A stretch of DNA of 64,000 bases, taken from positions 9,868,339-9,932,338 of the forward strand of contig CM119265.1 of assembly GCA_051294375.1 (NCBI GenBank), given 5' to 3'. The notes under the pieces were generated by a model. That model saw only the letters and a program-made list of their open reading frames with translations, ran no database searches and was not told where the DNA came from. The translations under genes were made by a program, and so were the position numbers. Source of the DNA: Paraspadella gotoi. Lineage: Eukaryota > Animalia > Chaetognatha. Of this stretch, positions 38,700 through 50,995 are shown piece by piece. Positions within the stretch are counted from its first letter, which is position 1, and each line of letters begins with the position of its first letter.

Positions 38700-39857
38700 C
38701 CCAACCAGCGACTTCACGTGAATTTTCGATGAAAACAGTTTTTTTTTATAAAATTTACCCCGTGAACATTAATCTTTTTCTTTTCTTTCTTTCTTTCGCT
38801 GCTCTTTTGTTTTCTCATCTTTTTTGCTAGTAAATCGATTCGTTTTCAGGTATTTTCTCCTATTCTTTGGTTCTTTTATGCAGCTGTCTCCGATGCTGCT
38901 GCTGCCGCCTTCGCTGCAGCGATTGGATCATCTGCCGCTTCTGCTTAAGCTTCCGCCGCCGCCGCCAGGTCGCTGCGGTCGCTGGCGCCGCTCTCGCCAC
39001 TTGATCGACGCTTGCTGTCTTTTGTTGTAACTTGTTATGCGTCTTTTTGTAGGAAATTTTTGGTTGCAACAGGAGAGGACGAGACGACGCATGAGAGAGA
39101 CGACCTGAGAGAGAGAGAAAGATCAGAGTGAAGAGAGAGAGAGAAGAGAGAGAGCGAGAGGAGAAGAGAGCGAGGAGATGGAGAGAGAGAGGAGAGAGAA
39201 GAGAGAGAGAGGAGAGAGAGAGCAGAAGGAAGTGTGGCTGTGAAAAGAAAAAGAATATTCACTTTGAGCTTTTCACTATTTGGAGTTTCACAAAGAAAAG
39301 TCAAAAGAGGGAGTAGAGACAGAATTTCTGGTCTTAACTTTTCAGAGCAAGAAAAAAATGTAGTGAGAGTGAATAGTGAGAATGATTGAAGGAATGAATG
39401 AATTAAGAAATGAATGAATAAAAGAATGAATGAATGAATGAATGAATGAATGAATGAATAAATGAACTAATAAGTGAAAGAATGAATTAATAAATGAATA
39501 AATGACGCTCGTGCATTGGTGAGCTTCTTCTTGTGAATTTATCCGGAATGGATGGTCGTCGTCGTCGTTGATGTCATTGTTGTTATGACAACCGGAAAAC
39601 AATTTGAGAACGCAATAGACCGGAAATGTGGCGAGGAAATGGTAAGAATGATGAACTGGAAAGCAATACACGTATCTGAAAAAGGGAAAAAGTTGGTAAC
39701 ATTATAGAAAAATACTTAACTAAAAATAAAAAACTAATATTAAAAAAAATTGCTCCGTATTAAAAATAATATGGAAATAAGGAAATAAATGAATAAATAA
39801 GGCAAGTAAATAAAAAATAAGGAAAGAAAGCGACAAAGCAAACGAGAAAGAACGATA

Positions 39858-39928
39858 GAAAGAAAGAAACAAATAAAGAAAAGAAAAAAAGCAGGAAAGA
39901 AAAAAAGAAAGAAAGAAAGAAAGAAAAA

Positions 39929-39992
<64 letters not shown>

Positions 39993-39995
39993 AAA
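39858..39995 (+). repeat. (GAAA)n microsatellite
   Basis: Direct reading of the sequence. Confidence 0.92.
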
Positions 39996-40654
39996 AAGAG
40001 AAAAAAATAGAAAATAGCTAAAAATAAAAAAATAAAAGCAAAACACAGAAGAACCAACATTTAAAAAAGTCTGCCAAACCCTGAATGCAAAAAATAGCGA
40101 GAGAGGGAAGAGAAAGACTCGAGAAAATTAGTCGCTGGCATCGATGGAGGTAAATTAACCGAAACTGGGTTTTCGGGTAAGTCTGTTTTGGAATGAGCGC
40201 CAAAAAAAAAGGGGGATGAGGTGCAGAGAGAGGAGCAAAGATTGATGGAAGAAGGTAAGTGAAATGGGATCAGCGTTTGTAATTTGAGAGCTGAGGGAGT
40301 TTGGAATGGGTAAAATGGTAAGGCAGAGAAACCGAAAGTAGGGAAAAGTTGCCATCTATAAACGTGAGGAAATAAATATATCGGAGGCGAAAGGAGTAAG
40401 TATTTCTGAAGCATGATGAAAACAAAAAATAAAAACATAAACAAAACACGGTTACCTTCGATAAACGTAGCGATTATTCTTGGATATAAAACGTCGAACG
40501 ACGAAGTTGACATCAATTTTGGGGTTTTTTTTCTTTGCGCTTTTAACTTGAGAGAGAGAATTTCGCGACAACCGAAAAAAAACGAAACGTCTAAACTTAT
40601 AACACAAACACGACGAAAGAATACATTTTTCTTTTTTCTTTTCTTTTTCTATTC

Positions 40655-40826
40655 TATTCTTTTCTTTTCTTTTCTTTTCTTTTCTTTTCTTTTCTTTTCT
40701 TTTCTTTTCTTTTCTTTTCTTTTCTTTTCTTTTCTTTTCTTTTCTTTTCTTTTTTTTCTTTTCTTTTCTTTTCTTTTCTTTTCTTTTCTTTTCTTTTCTT
40801 TTCTCTTCTTTTCTTTTCTTTTTTTC
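40655..40826 (+). repeat. (TTTTC)n microsatellite
   Basis: Long pentanucleotide array. Confidence 0.95.
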
Positions 40827-41603
40827 TGAAACCGCGTTTTGGTAGAGAAAAAAAATGTCAAAAGTTTTTTTCTTAAGAAAATTTTGTGAAACAATTTTTT
40901 CCTCTTTTTATGTTTTTCTTTTTGTTTACTTTCCTCTGTGTTGCTCGATACTTTTATTAAAAGTGTTTTTAGATCGAGACGGAGAGGAGTAGAGAGAGAG
41001 AGAGGAGAGAGACGAGAGAGAGAGAGAAGAGAGAGAAGAGACATGAGAGAGGAGAGAGAGATGAAAAAGCGCCGCGCAGGCCTTTGGCTGAGTTTTAGCG
41101 CAGCCAGAACAAGGTGAGGCGAAAGCGTCTCCCTGGAAAACCATCTCGAGGCTCCAGACATTTTTGGAGATGAGGTGAGGGAAAGGTTAGGGTAAGGTCG
41201 TTCTGTTTTCTTTTAAAAAAAAAACAATAACCAAGGGAGAATGAAGTAAAGAAGCGCTTATTTCACTCAACTCATTTATCATTAATGCTGAAGATCAAAA
41301 TTAGGAATCATTCGAAGTTGGATGAACCAATTCGTTGGGCGTTTAAAACAAAAAAACTGGGTAAGTTTCGGGTCAGTTATTTCACGACGCTGAAAAATAT
41401 TGTCTCGCGATTCAAATTCAAGGCAGTCGTTGATCGTTGGGCTTTTGCTGCTGCTGCTGCCGCTGCTGAGGCGGTATTAATTTTTGTTGTTGTTGTTTTT
41501 GTCTTTGTTTTTTTATTCTTTTTCTTGATATTTTAATTTGAATGATTTAAACTAAATAATTTAAATTAAAGATAGATTTTTGCTTACTCAGGTATTGTAT
41601 TAA

Positions 41604-41658
41604 AACCAATAAAAAATATTTAATAAATAAGATATCTTTCCCTTGACTCCGGACAGGA
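41604..41658 (-). mobile_element. Degenerate fragment of the ~250-bp repeat
   Basis: AACCAATAAAAAATATTTAATAAATAAGATATCTTTCCCTTGACTCCGGACAGG resembles the reverse complement of the repeat's 3' part (...AATAAATAAGCTATCTTGCCCCTGACTTTGGACAGG). Confidence 0.55.
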
Positions 41659-41926
41659 ACTTCATCACAATTCCTTCTTAGTCATTAAAAAAATTAAACA
41701 GGAACGTTGATCAATTGACGAATGAAAAATCTGTTTATCTGTCTGTCTATCCGATGTCTGTCCGTATTTCCCCGACGACGATTCAGCCTCTCAATTTTTA
41801 ATATCTCTCCTCAAGTTCCCAAGAGCTCCTGCGTCCATCCACAGCGTAACGCGGTCATAACGAAAATTGGAAAAAAGCCTCCCACGGGGGTTTACGATGC
41901 GAGCGAGGAATAATCGATTTTGAGAG

Positions 41927-41990
<64 letters not shown>

Positions 41991-44098
41991 AGGATGAGAG
42001 AGAGGAGAGAGGAGATGAGAAGACGAGAGAGAGAAAGAGAGACAAAAAGGTGTGTCGTGGGTTTAGAATAAGCAACACGAAAAAGAGTAAACAAATCGTA
42101 GACGCAACCAAAAGACAAGAAAATGACGGATTCGGCGACGTCGCGCAGCCTCGCGGCACCGGCAGCTGATGCGGCGGTAGTGGCGGATGCAGCGGCGGTG
42201 TCGGCTGCGTCGGCCCCGGATGTCGGCTGCTGCTGAGGCGGGAAAGGTCGACGAAAAAGGAAAATAAAATCCGTCAAAAAAACTTTTCCTTGGAGTAAAA
42301 AAGCAAAATAGAAAATAAGTTGAGTCTGCGCGAGCGAATCTTGTTGTGAAGTTTATTGAAAAAAAGAAAATAAGTGTTTCCCACTTATTAAATGTCGTTT
42401 TCAGTCGCTTATTAAGGAGAAAATTTTATGTTGTAAAAAGCTTGGTCAATAATTAACGGTTGCAACAATTGGAACGTGTATTATTAATTAATAATCAATT
42501 CATAATAATTAGCGAACGCTTTAGTTGTTGAAAATTAATAAAATATGCAAGATAGTACGCGAGTACTCGCGGTGCAACTAAAAATAGGAGCAGAAAAAAA
42601 TATAATTATAAATATTTAATATAGTATAATATATATACATTATATATATATGTTTATTAAGAAAAGTTTTTTCGTGTAAATTATTATAAACGATGAAACT
42701 CGTTTATTTATGGAATAATTTCATGAGGATCCAAGAAAGAGGATGAAGCAAAGAAGAGGAATTCAGAAACTTTTTTTCTTTTTAGGACAGTTTTCTTTAT
42801 TGTGGTTAAAAAGGTTAAAATGTAAGTGTGTCACTAAGCATTATTTAGGATACAATTTAAACATGAATTTATCACGGATACAAAGAAAAGCGTTCATTCG
42901 ATATCGAGATAGATAGATAGATAGAGAGAGAGANNNNNNNNNNNNNNNNNNNNNNNNNNNNNNNNNNNNNNNNNNNNNNNNNNNNNNNNNNNNNNNNNNN
43001 NNNNNNNNNNNNNNNTTAATCAATCGTGAAAAATTCCATTCGCTTTTATCGTGTCTTAAAAAGTTAAAGTTTTGTTTCTTTTTCAGCCTTGATTCAATCA
43101 GTTCTCATTTTTGATTTCGAAGTATTGCTGTTATTACACTGTAAAAATATCGTCATAAATATTTCATAACAAAATATAAACCAAATATAGAAAAAAAGAA
43201 TTCCGTGGAGATTAAAAAAGATTAAAATTCAACGATGAATCTGGGCTAAAAAAAATCTTCTCTTATTATTTCGATTTAAAAAGGGAAGAAAGAGGGGAAT
43301 GGTCGGTCTGTCGGTCCATGGGACCGTCTCGGGTGGCCGATAATTCAATAAGAGGGAGACGCAAGAAAAATGATAAAATATTAAAGATGGCTGACTTAAA
43401 AAAGAAAAGAAGACGAGAGAAAAACAAGAAAATACAAGAACAAGTTTGAGCAAACAATGTCGGATCTGCTAAGATAATTAATTAATTAATAGATTAATTA
43501 AATAATTATTAATAGATTAATTAATTAATTAATTTTAATAATTAATATAAATTTATATATTCAGCTTGTCATCATCGATGTCCTTCAAATTGAGTCAGGA
43601 CAGTTATTAAATGTTTTTGTTTACATTTTATCAAAACAAACAAATATCCTCTATTATCGAGCCAGGCGGGCAAAGCCCGTCCTGGCTAGATTTTGATTCG
43701 GTTTAGCTTTCGGTCACGCTTTTTTGCAATCATGGCTTTCTGAAAATGTGATATCATAGGGAGTTGAAATTTCATATATGGCTTCTAAGATCAAAGATCT
43801 TTAAAAATTCTCATGTTTCATATCCAATATTCGTATTTGTTTATGTTTTATTTACAAAACAAAAGTTTTAATTATATGTCGCTCCTCTCGTCTCTTTCTT
43901 TTAAATATATGTCGCTCTCTCTCTCTCTTCTTTTCTCCGTCACGGTGCTTCTCTTCTGATTTGTCTAAAAACGAGTTCCGGCTCTGCAGCGTCTGTACCA
44001 GCTTCTTTCTCTCCTCTCTCTCTCTCTCTCTCTCTTTTTTTTTTTTTTTTTAAAAAAAATTTTAGAATATAATGTGGGCTCACTAATGTAAAAAACGA

Positions 44099-44162
44099 TG
44101 GCGCGAACAGGGTGCGAACCCGGGTCCTTGGGTAGAGAAGAGCTCACGCTACGTCCGGCGCC
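44099..44162 (-). pseudogene. tRNA-like / tRNA-derived segment lacking a D-arm, inside the HINE
   Basis: The minus strand reads GGCGCCGGACGTAGCGTGAGCTCTTCTCTACCCAAGGACCCGGGTTCGCACCCTGTTCGCGCCA then TCGTTTTTT. It has an acceptor-like GGCGC/GCGCC-A pairing, a B-box-like GGTTCGCACC and an oligo-T. A noisier homologue lies at ~17297-17363 (+). There is no clear A-box or anticodon arm. Confidence 0.5.
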
Positions 44163-44167
44163 ATAGG

Positions 44168-44783
44168 TAGAGCAAACTTCGTCAATGGGGTGGGTCAGAA
44201 GTTTGATTTGGGAACTTTCCAAATGAAACTTCATACATTTCTGAGAAAACTTTCAATGGACCAAAATTTTCTAAAAATGGCTAGAAGCATTAGTAATTAA
44301 TTTTTTAATATTTATTTATAGATAGAATGTCAAAAATTTTTTTTGGAATTTTGTATTTTTAAAGCAGATTCCAAAATAGCTTATGAAAAGTTATCTGCAC
44401 AAAGTATAATTCTTTTTTCAATATTTTGATGATAAGTGGGTTAAAATTGGGAAAAAAACCTTAAAAAATCATCATCATCATCATCATCCGATGATTTTAG
44501 CAGTTTTACTAATTTTAGTAATAAACATTCAAATAAATTTTAAAAAGTTGTAATTATATGTTTGATTAACTTTTAAGCTCTATCAGAATCAAATTAAAAA
44601 AACTTAAAATATCTAAAAAAAATTTTGACATTATATAGTGATATAATAATACTTAATTAGCGAATTAACTCATGGTTTGGAAATTTTTTTGCAGAAATAT
44701 TTTAACACAATAATTAAATACCAATAATGGATTATTGTTTAATGCTGTTCCCATTAAATTTGAATTCGGGTCGGCTACCGCTA
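44168..44783. mobile_element. 616-bp AT-rich non-coding insertion nested in the HINE, flanked by a 7-bp direct repeat
   Basis: CCATAGG occurs at 44161-44167 and 44784-44790, and the termini are TAG...CTA. The segment is absent from the homologous position (~17290-17297) of the 15186 copy. Confidence 0.75.
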
Positions 44784-45111
44784 CCATAGGGTACTGCTGA
44801 TTCTTTAAGCGAGTAAAGGGGCTGTAGAGCTTCTCTCTCTCTCTTTTTCTCTGCAGCGGCTGTCTCTCTCTCTCTCTTTTTTCTCTCTGTGTGTGTCTGT
44901 CCCTCTCTGTCCGATTCTCTGCGTGATCGTTTGTTTTTTGAAAAATTCTGATTATTTTTTTTCTTCTAAAAACTTTTCATTATTACGATTTATTCCGCGC
45001 TTTTTTTTCAATACAAAATCCCATATTTTCATCGAGATTTTCGTGGATTTATTCTCTTTCTTCTTTTCTCTCTCTCTCTCTTTCTTTTTCTCTCTCTCTC
45101 TCTCTCACTTT

Positions 45112-45155
<44 letters not shown>

Positions 45156-46781
45156 ATACACGCATTTGGTTGTTTTATTGACTATCATCGCATCAATGAA
45201 TGACAATCATCGCATCAGTGAATGACTATCATCACAGCAGTGAATGACTATTCATCGCAATCAATAATTGATTATAATCGAATCAATAATCAATTCCTAT
45301 TACATCAATAAATTACTATTACACCAATCAAATTAGTATTACTCAATCAATTACTATTACATCAATATTCGTTATCGCATGATTCATTCGTTTTTTTTCC
45401 CGGGTTTTTATAATTAATTTTCTTTGATAGTGGGCTCTGGCTCGATCTTGAGTCTTTTAAGATTTTTTTATTTTTATGTCTCTTTCTCTCTCTCTCTCTC
45501 TCTCACTCTCTCTCTTTCTCTCTTCTCTCACTCTCTCTCTCTCTCTCCTCTCTCTTTCTTCTCTCTCTCTCTTTTTATGCAATAGCGACGATCCTTATGC
45601 TTTTAAGATTTTTTTTAACTTGCATCATTTTTCAACTTGCATAATTTTTTCAACTTGCCATTCCGTCAAAACTTTATATCTAAGCTTCTTCACTCACTTT
45701 CCTACTGGCTCACAAAATTTCATCTCAATCTATCATGGGTTAAAATAAATAAAAAGATTCAAGTAAATGTGACTCATATTTTTTTCATTTAAACTCATTT
45801 CCACTGGTACGTTTTCCACTGAAACTTTATATCAAGCTGCGTCACACATTTTCCTACCCCCACACAAAAATTTTCAACTCAATCTATCCATCCAAATTAT
45901 GATTAATTAGAGTATTTATTGGTTAAAATAAGTAAAAAGATTTTAGTAAATTCGACTTATGTTTTTTTCCATTTAAACTAATTTCCACTCACAACGATTC
46001 CATCGAAACTTTATATCCAGCTTCATCACACACTTTCCTACTCACACACAAAATTTTAATTCCATCCAACCAGCCAATCACGAGTTATTGGAGCTTTTTT
46101 GCTAAGATGGGACGGATGGACGGATTGATTGACTAATTAATAAATTATTGATTAATTTATTTACTAATTGATTAATTAACTGATTAATTATTTGATTTTT
46201 TAAAAAGAAGCATAATCAATTAGTAAAACAGTTTTTTTGTTTTTTTCCATTTAAACTCATTTCCACTCAAAACTATTCCATCGAAACTTGATTTCCTGTT
46301 CAATCACACACTTTCCTACCCACATACAAAATTCCAGGTCAATCAGCCCATCCACTCATGAGGCAATTGGTGTTCAAATAGTGAATATATTTTTTTTTGT
46401 TTTTTCCATTTAAACTCATTTCCACTCGAAGATTCCATCGAAACTTCAATATCCAGCTCAATCAACACACTTACCCATCCTCACACAAAATTTCATTTAA
46501 ATCCATCCATCCAATCACGAGTAATTGGTGTTTTTTGCTAAGGTGGGACGGACCGGACGGACGGACGGACACAGAGACGGACGGACGGACATCATTTTTT
46601 TTGCATAATTTAATCATAATTCGAATGTTCTGACCATGATATAGTGTGTGCCCGAGCAATATTGAGGGGGCGGACCGACGGACCGAAAAAGTGAGTTTAT
46701 AGAGTCGGGATCCTGCTGATAAGCAGATCCGACTAAAAAAATCATAAATTGAGAGAGAGAGAGAGAGAGAGTGAAAGTGAG

Positions 46782-46857
<76 letters not shown>

Positions 46858-47173
46858 AGAAAGTTTTTCTCTCTTTCTCTTTTTTTGTTTGACCATCATT
46901 AGGTTTTTATGAAGTCCGCATTTTCCCTTCCGGATCAATTCTCCTTTTCGGCTCTCGTCTTTTCTTCACTCTCTTGCTCTCTAACTTTATCATTCCTTGA
47001 CTCACTCCCCTTTTTTCTTCTTCTTTCTTCTTCAACTCTCTTGCTCTCTATCTTTCTCATTCCTTGACTCACTTCTCCCCTTTTTTCTTTAAATTTTCTC
47101 ACAATTCTTGTATTTTTATTTTTTATCTTTCGCCATCTTTCATTTTCTTTGGCAGTATCTTTCTCTCTTCACT

Positions 47174-47243
<70 letters not shown>

Positions 47244-47411
47244 TTTCTCTCTTCTCTCTCTTGTTTCGTCGCATTCGTCGACGCGATTTCGCGCATAGCG
47301 CTCTCGGGAAAGAAAAGAAAGAAAAGCGATATTAAAAGAAAAAATGAATTTTAAATTTCGTAATGTACTTCTTATTCCAGAGAGGTTTTGCTGATGTCGG
47401 TAGGGAGGGAG

Positions 47412-47516
<105 letters not shown>

Positions 47517-47732
47517 AGAGAGAGGAGAGAAGAGATAAAAAATGTCTAGAAAAAAGGAAAAACAGAATCGCGAGAGTTACTTTCACGGCTGAGGGTTTTG
47601 AAATCCCAGAGAGAGAGAGAGAGAGAAGAGAAGAGAGAAGAAGAGAAGAGAGAGAGAGAGAGAGAGAGAGACGAGAGAAATAAAAAAAGAGGAGAGAGAG
47701 TGTGTGTGTTTTGCCAAATCTTTTGATAAACG

Positions 47733-48032
47733 GTGAATGATATGGAAGATATGGGCTCATTAGCCGCTGTTTACGCGAGCGAAAGAATCCGGGGAATCGA
47801 AATCCCGTTTCCTTTTGAAAAGTCGAATGTTGTGCGAGTTGAATCGGGGGATGTAGATGGGGTGTTTGTTGGGCCATTGGGTGTGGAGGGGATGTTTATT
47901 TGGATGAGGGGATTTGGGGGGGGTGCTTTTTTTTGGAGAGGTAGTGGATTTGATGTTTATATCGGATGGAGGAATTTCGTTCAAAAACGAGGAGCGAAGA
48001 ACGTTCTCTTTTTAACAGGAGTCTCCGGATGA
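47733..48032 (+). CDS. Weak candidate coding island (unassigned; possibly frameshifted into 48030-48181)
   Basis: A 99-codon non-repetitive open frame with protein-like composition between microsatellites. No family was recognised with confidence, and there is no clear ATG start or splice signal. Confidence 0.2.
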   Translation: MNDMEDMGSLAAVYASERIRGIEIPFPFEKSNVVRVESGDVDGVFVGPLGVEGMFIWMRGFGGGAFFWRGSGFDVYIGWRNFVQKRGAKNVLFLTGVSG

Positions 48033-49287
48033 TTTCAACTTTTGATGATTTCGAATTATTGTGGTATGTCGATGGAAAAGTGGTACCTGTCGCTCAATCA
48101 GTAATGGGAAATGGAAAATGCTCCCGAAAAAAAAATAAGCCGGTAAAATCGAGAAGAAATGCAAACGACTTTGGAGGTTAAAAAAAAAACCGGGTGGAAA
48201 AGGGAAAAAAAAAAAGAATTCAGGGGGAAAAACCGTAAAGATTGGTTACCAAACTGTAAAGATCCGTTGATAAGAACTGTAAAAGTCGTGAGAAAGTAAA
48301 CAAAGTTTCTTCCTCTTTCTCAGAGTTTGTTTTGACGACGTCGTCATGGAGATTTTCACGATCACAGGTGAAATTCGGATTCACTTCATCTGTGAAAGTT
48401 TTTTAGATGAGTTTTGAGGATGGGGTAAGGGACTCGCGATGTCGTGCGCCATCTTACTTTGTCCTATTCGTCGTCGTCGTCGTCGTTGTCATCTTCTTCT
48501 TCCTCTTCTTTCATTTCGTCGTCGTCGTCGTCAGTAGTAGATTTTCTTTTTTTCTTTTTTTCTGTCACAAACTCCTAAGTTGGATGAAAACCCATACCCA
48601 CTTAACCTTTCCAGATTCAGGATCAAAATAGCTTTTTTGTACCAACTTCGGACAGCTTCACCCGCCAGATGTGGCCGATACCTGCGTTTGTGTACTTACG
48701 GAATTCTACAAAGTGAAAAAAAAACTTTTAAGTTAAATTCACCAACTCCTTCACCTTAAAAGGTTTTTTGAATTACTTTGATTTTTCCTCTCACGCGTCA
48801 AGATAACGAAGTGACGTTTAGAGGAAACAGCAACTGTCAAGATACGCTGCATTGTGAGGCGGTTTTTGTCAAAAAAAAGGAGGAAACACGGGAGCGAAAA
48901 AAAAACGAGGAAAAAAACTAAAATGAAGGAAAGAAAGAAACTAAACATTTTAGGAAAGAAAAAATAGGAAAAAAACGCAGAGAGAAACAAAGTAAGAGAG
49001 AGAAAAAAAATAAGGAAACAGAGAAGCAAAAAAAGCAAGAAATAAAAAAAGAAAGAAAGAAAGGAAGAAAGAGAGAAAGAAAGAAAGAAGAAAGTAAGAA
49101 AGAAGAAAGTGGCGAGGAAGCCACAACAACTGTTCACTTGTTTGTCTTTATTTACTTCCGTTCGTCGAGAGAAATTTGTTCCAATCAACTGGCAACAGGA
49201 GTCGCTTCTAACCTCTCGCAATGAGAGGGAGAGTGAGTTGAAGGAAAATGTTGAAGATACATTTGAGAGATATTGAGTTAGAGATAG

Positions 49288-49321
<34 letters not shown>

Positions 49322-49437
49322 GACAGAGGGAAGTGAAAATTAGGCGAGAAAAATATAAAAGCTAGATATAAATTAGAAATAAATTGCAATTTTGATAAAT
49401 TTAACATTTACTTTATTATTTCTTACTCTAAGTTTAA

Positions 49438-49472
<35 letters not shown>

Positions 49473-49488
49473 GTCTCTCTCTCTCTCT

Positions 49489-49539
<51 letters not shown>

Positions 49540-49665
49540 CCCCATCTTCATCCGCTGAGCTCATTCGGTTCCCCAGACAATGTGAAGGATCTTTTGACCT
49601 GAAAACGTGTCATGGAATCCAGACTAGAAATACGTGACTTTCCTGCGCCATAAGAGGTCCGACCC

Positions 49666-49758
<93 letters not shown>

Positions 49759-50604
49759 GAGTCGGCCTTCATTAAGAGGGTATTTCTCGCAGTAACACGG
49801 AGNNNNNNNNNNNNNNNNNNNNNNNNNNNNNNNNNNNNNNNNNNNNNNNNNNNNNNNNNNNNNNNNNNNNNNNNNNNNNNNNNNNNNNNNNNCGACGGAA
49901 TGAAATACGTATGGAATCCAACTCACGATCGTCTATGATCCAAATATAACTTTTTCAAATCACGTAATTGTAATCCAATGTTGACGTGATAATGTGGTAG
50001 GAATAATATCATTAACTAAGAATACAGGCTAAACTTGACATGTGTCATCTTTTCCCAAATGAAATTAATCAATTTTTTTTCCCTTCCCTCCCTGCTCCGG
50101 CTTTCCCCACTTTGCCTTATTAACTTTCTTCCATCATTTCCCTTTTAACTTATCTTTTCTAATTAACCAATATTATCTTAACTTCCGTCCTTCTATGTCT
50201 CTTTCTTTTCTTTTCTTTCTTTCTTTCTTTCTTTCTTTCNNNNNNNNNNNNNNNNNNNNNNNNNTCTTTCTTTTTCTTTTTCTCTTTCTTTCATTTCTTC
50301 CCCACGCCAATTTATCTCTTACGGTCTTGGAGCGTTCTCACAAATGTAAGCAAAAGATTGCTTCCTTATTTTCCACCTACACAAGAATCTACGGTTTCAA
50401 GTTCGGATCCTTTCAATTTTCATGTTTTTTAAGAAAAAAAATAGTGATTTTTTTGTCGGTTTTAAATATGGGAGTGGCTGGAGGCTTTTAAGTGCGCGGT
50501 CGGTTACAATATTGGGAATTAGCAAACAAATCAAAAAATTTTTTTGCTGCAACGTTGTGGGCGCCACTGGCGCCACAAAAGCCGTAAAAAAATTATTTTT
50601 TTTT

Positions 50605-50782
50605 ATTTATATAAAAAAAAAGAAGAGGATTTGGAGATGCGAACTCTCGCACCTAGATGACGATAAGTCGCCTGCTTTTCGCGCCTCAAAACCTGTGTTA
50701 CAAAAATTCGTTTTCTCTTATATAAACAAAAAAGAGTTTGGGATGCGAACTCTCGACCTAGATGACGAAAAGGGTCGCCTCC
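50605..50782 (+). repeat. ~105-bp imperfect tandem duplication
   Basis: TATATAAA..AAAAGAG..TTTGG.GATGCGAACTCTCG(C)ACCTAGATGACGA..GTCGCCT occurs twice. Confidence 0.7.
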
Positions 50783-50995
50783 TTACCATTGAACCAAAAA
50801 ATAAGCAGCCATTGAGGAGTTTAAATCAACAAGTCCCACTTAATGTAATTCGTCAATTTTTATATTATTTTCATAGACTTTGTGAATGTAATTTTCGAAT
50901 ATAAGACTTTAACTTTCTTTTAACTAGGATCTGCGTTCGCGAATTTCCGTGATTCAGGTTGTTTTTCACCTAACCCTCTAAGATATAAATAAACG

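Larger units (their letters stand above)
43441..46734 (-). mobile_element. Independent full-length HINE / DINE-1-like copy with nested insertion
   Basis: Subterminal inverted repeat GTCGGATCTGCT (43459-43470) / AGCAGATCCGAC (46722-46733). A second partial IR at 46704-46717 forms the 5' hairpin, and the 3' hairpin is GTTTG-AG-CAAAC (43444-43455). (GGAC)n lies at ~46545-46590. It is flanked by A-runs on + (TT target on -), and its flanks differ from those of the 15186 copy. Confidence 0.88.

Noticed and set aside
44099-44162. Functional tRNA gene
   Set aside because: There is no D-arm/A-box or identifiable anticodon stem-loop, so it is reported only as tRNA-like.
15186-46734. Autonomous transposon (Rep/helicase, transposase or RT coding capacity)
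   Set aside because: No ORF in or near any element shows HUH/PIF1, DDE, tyrosine-recombinase or RT motifs.
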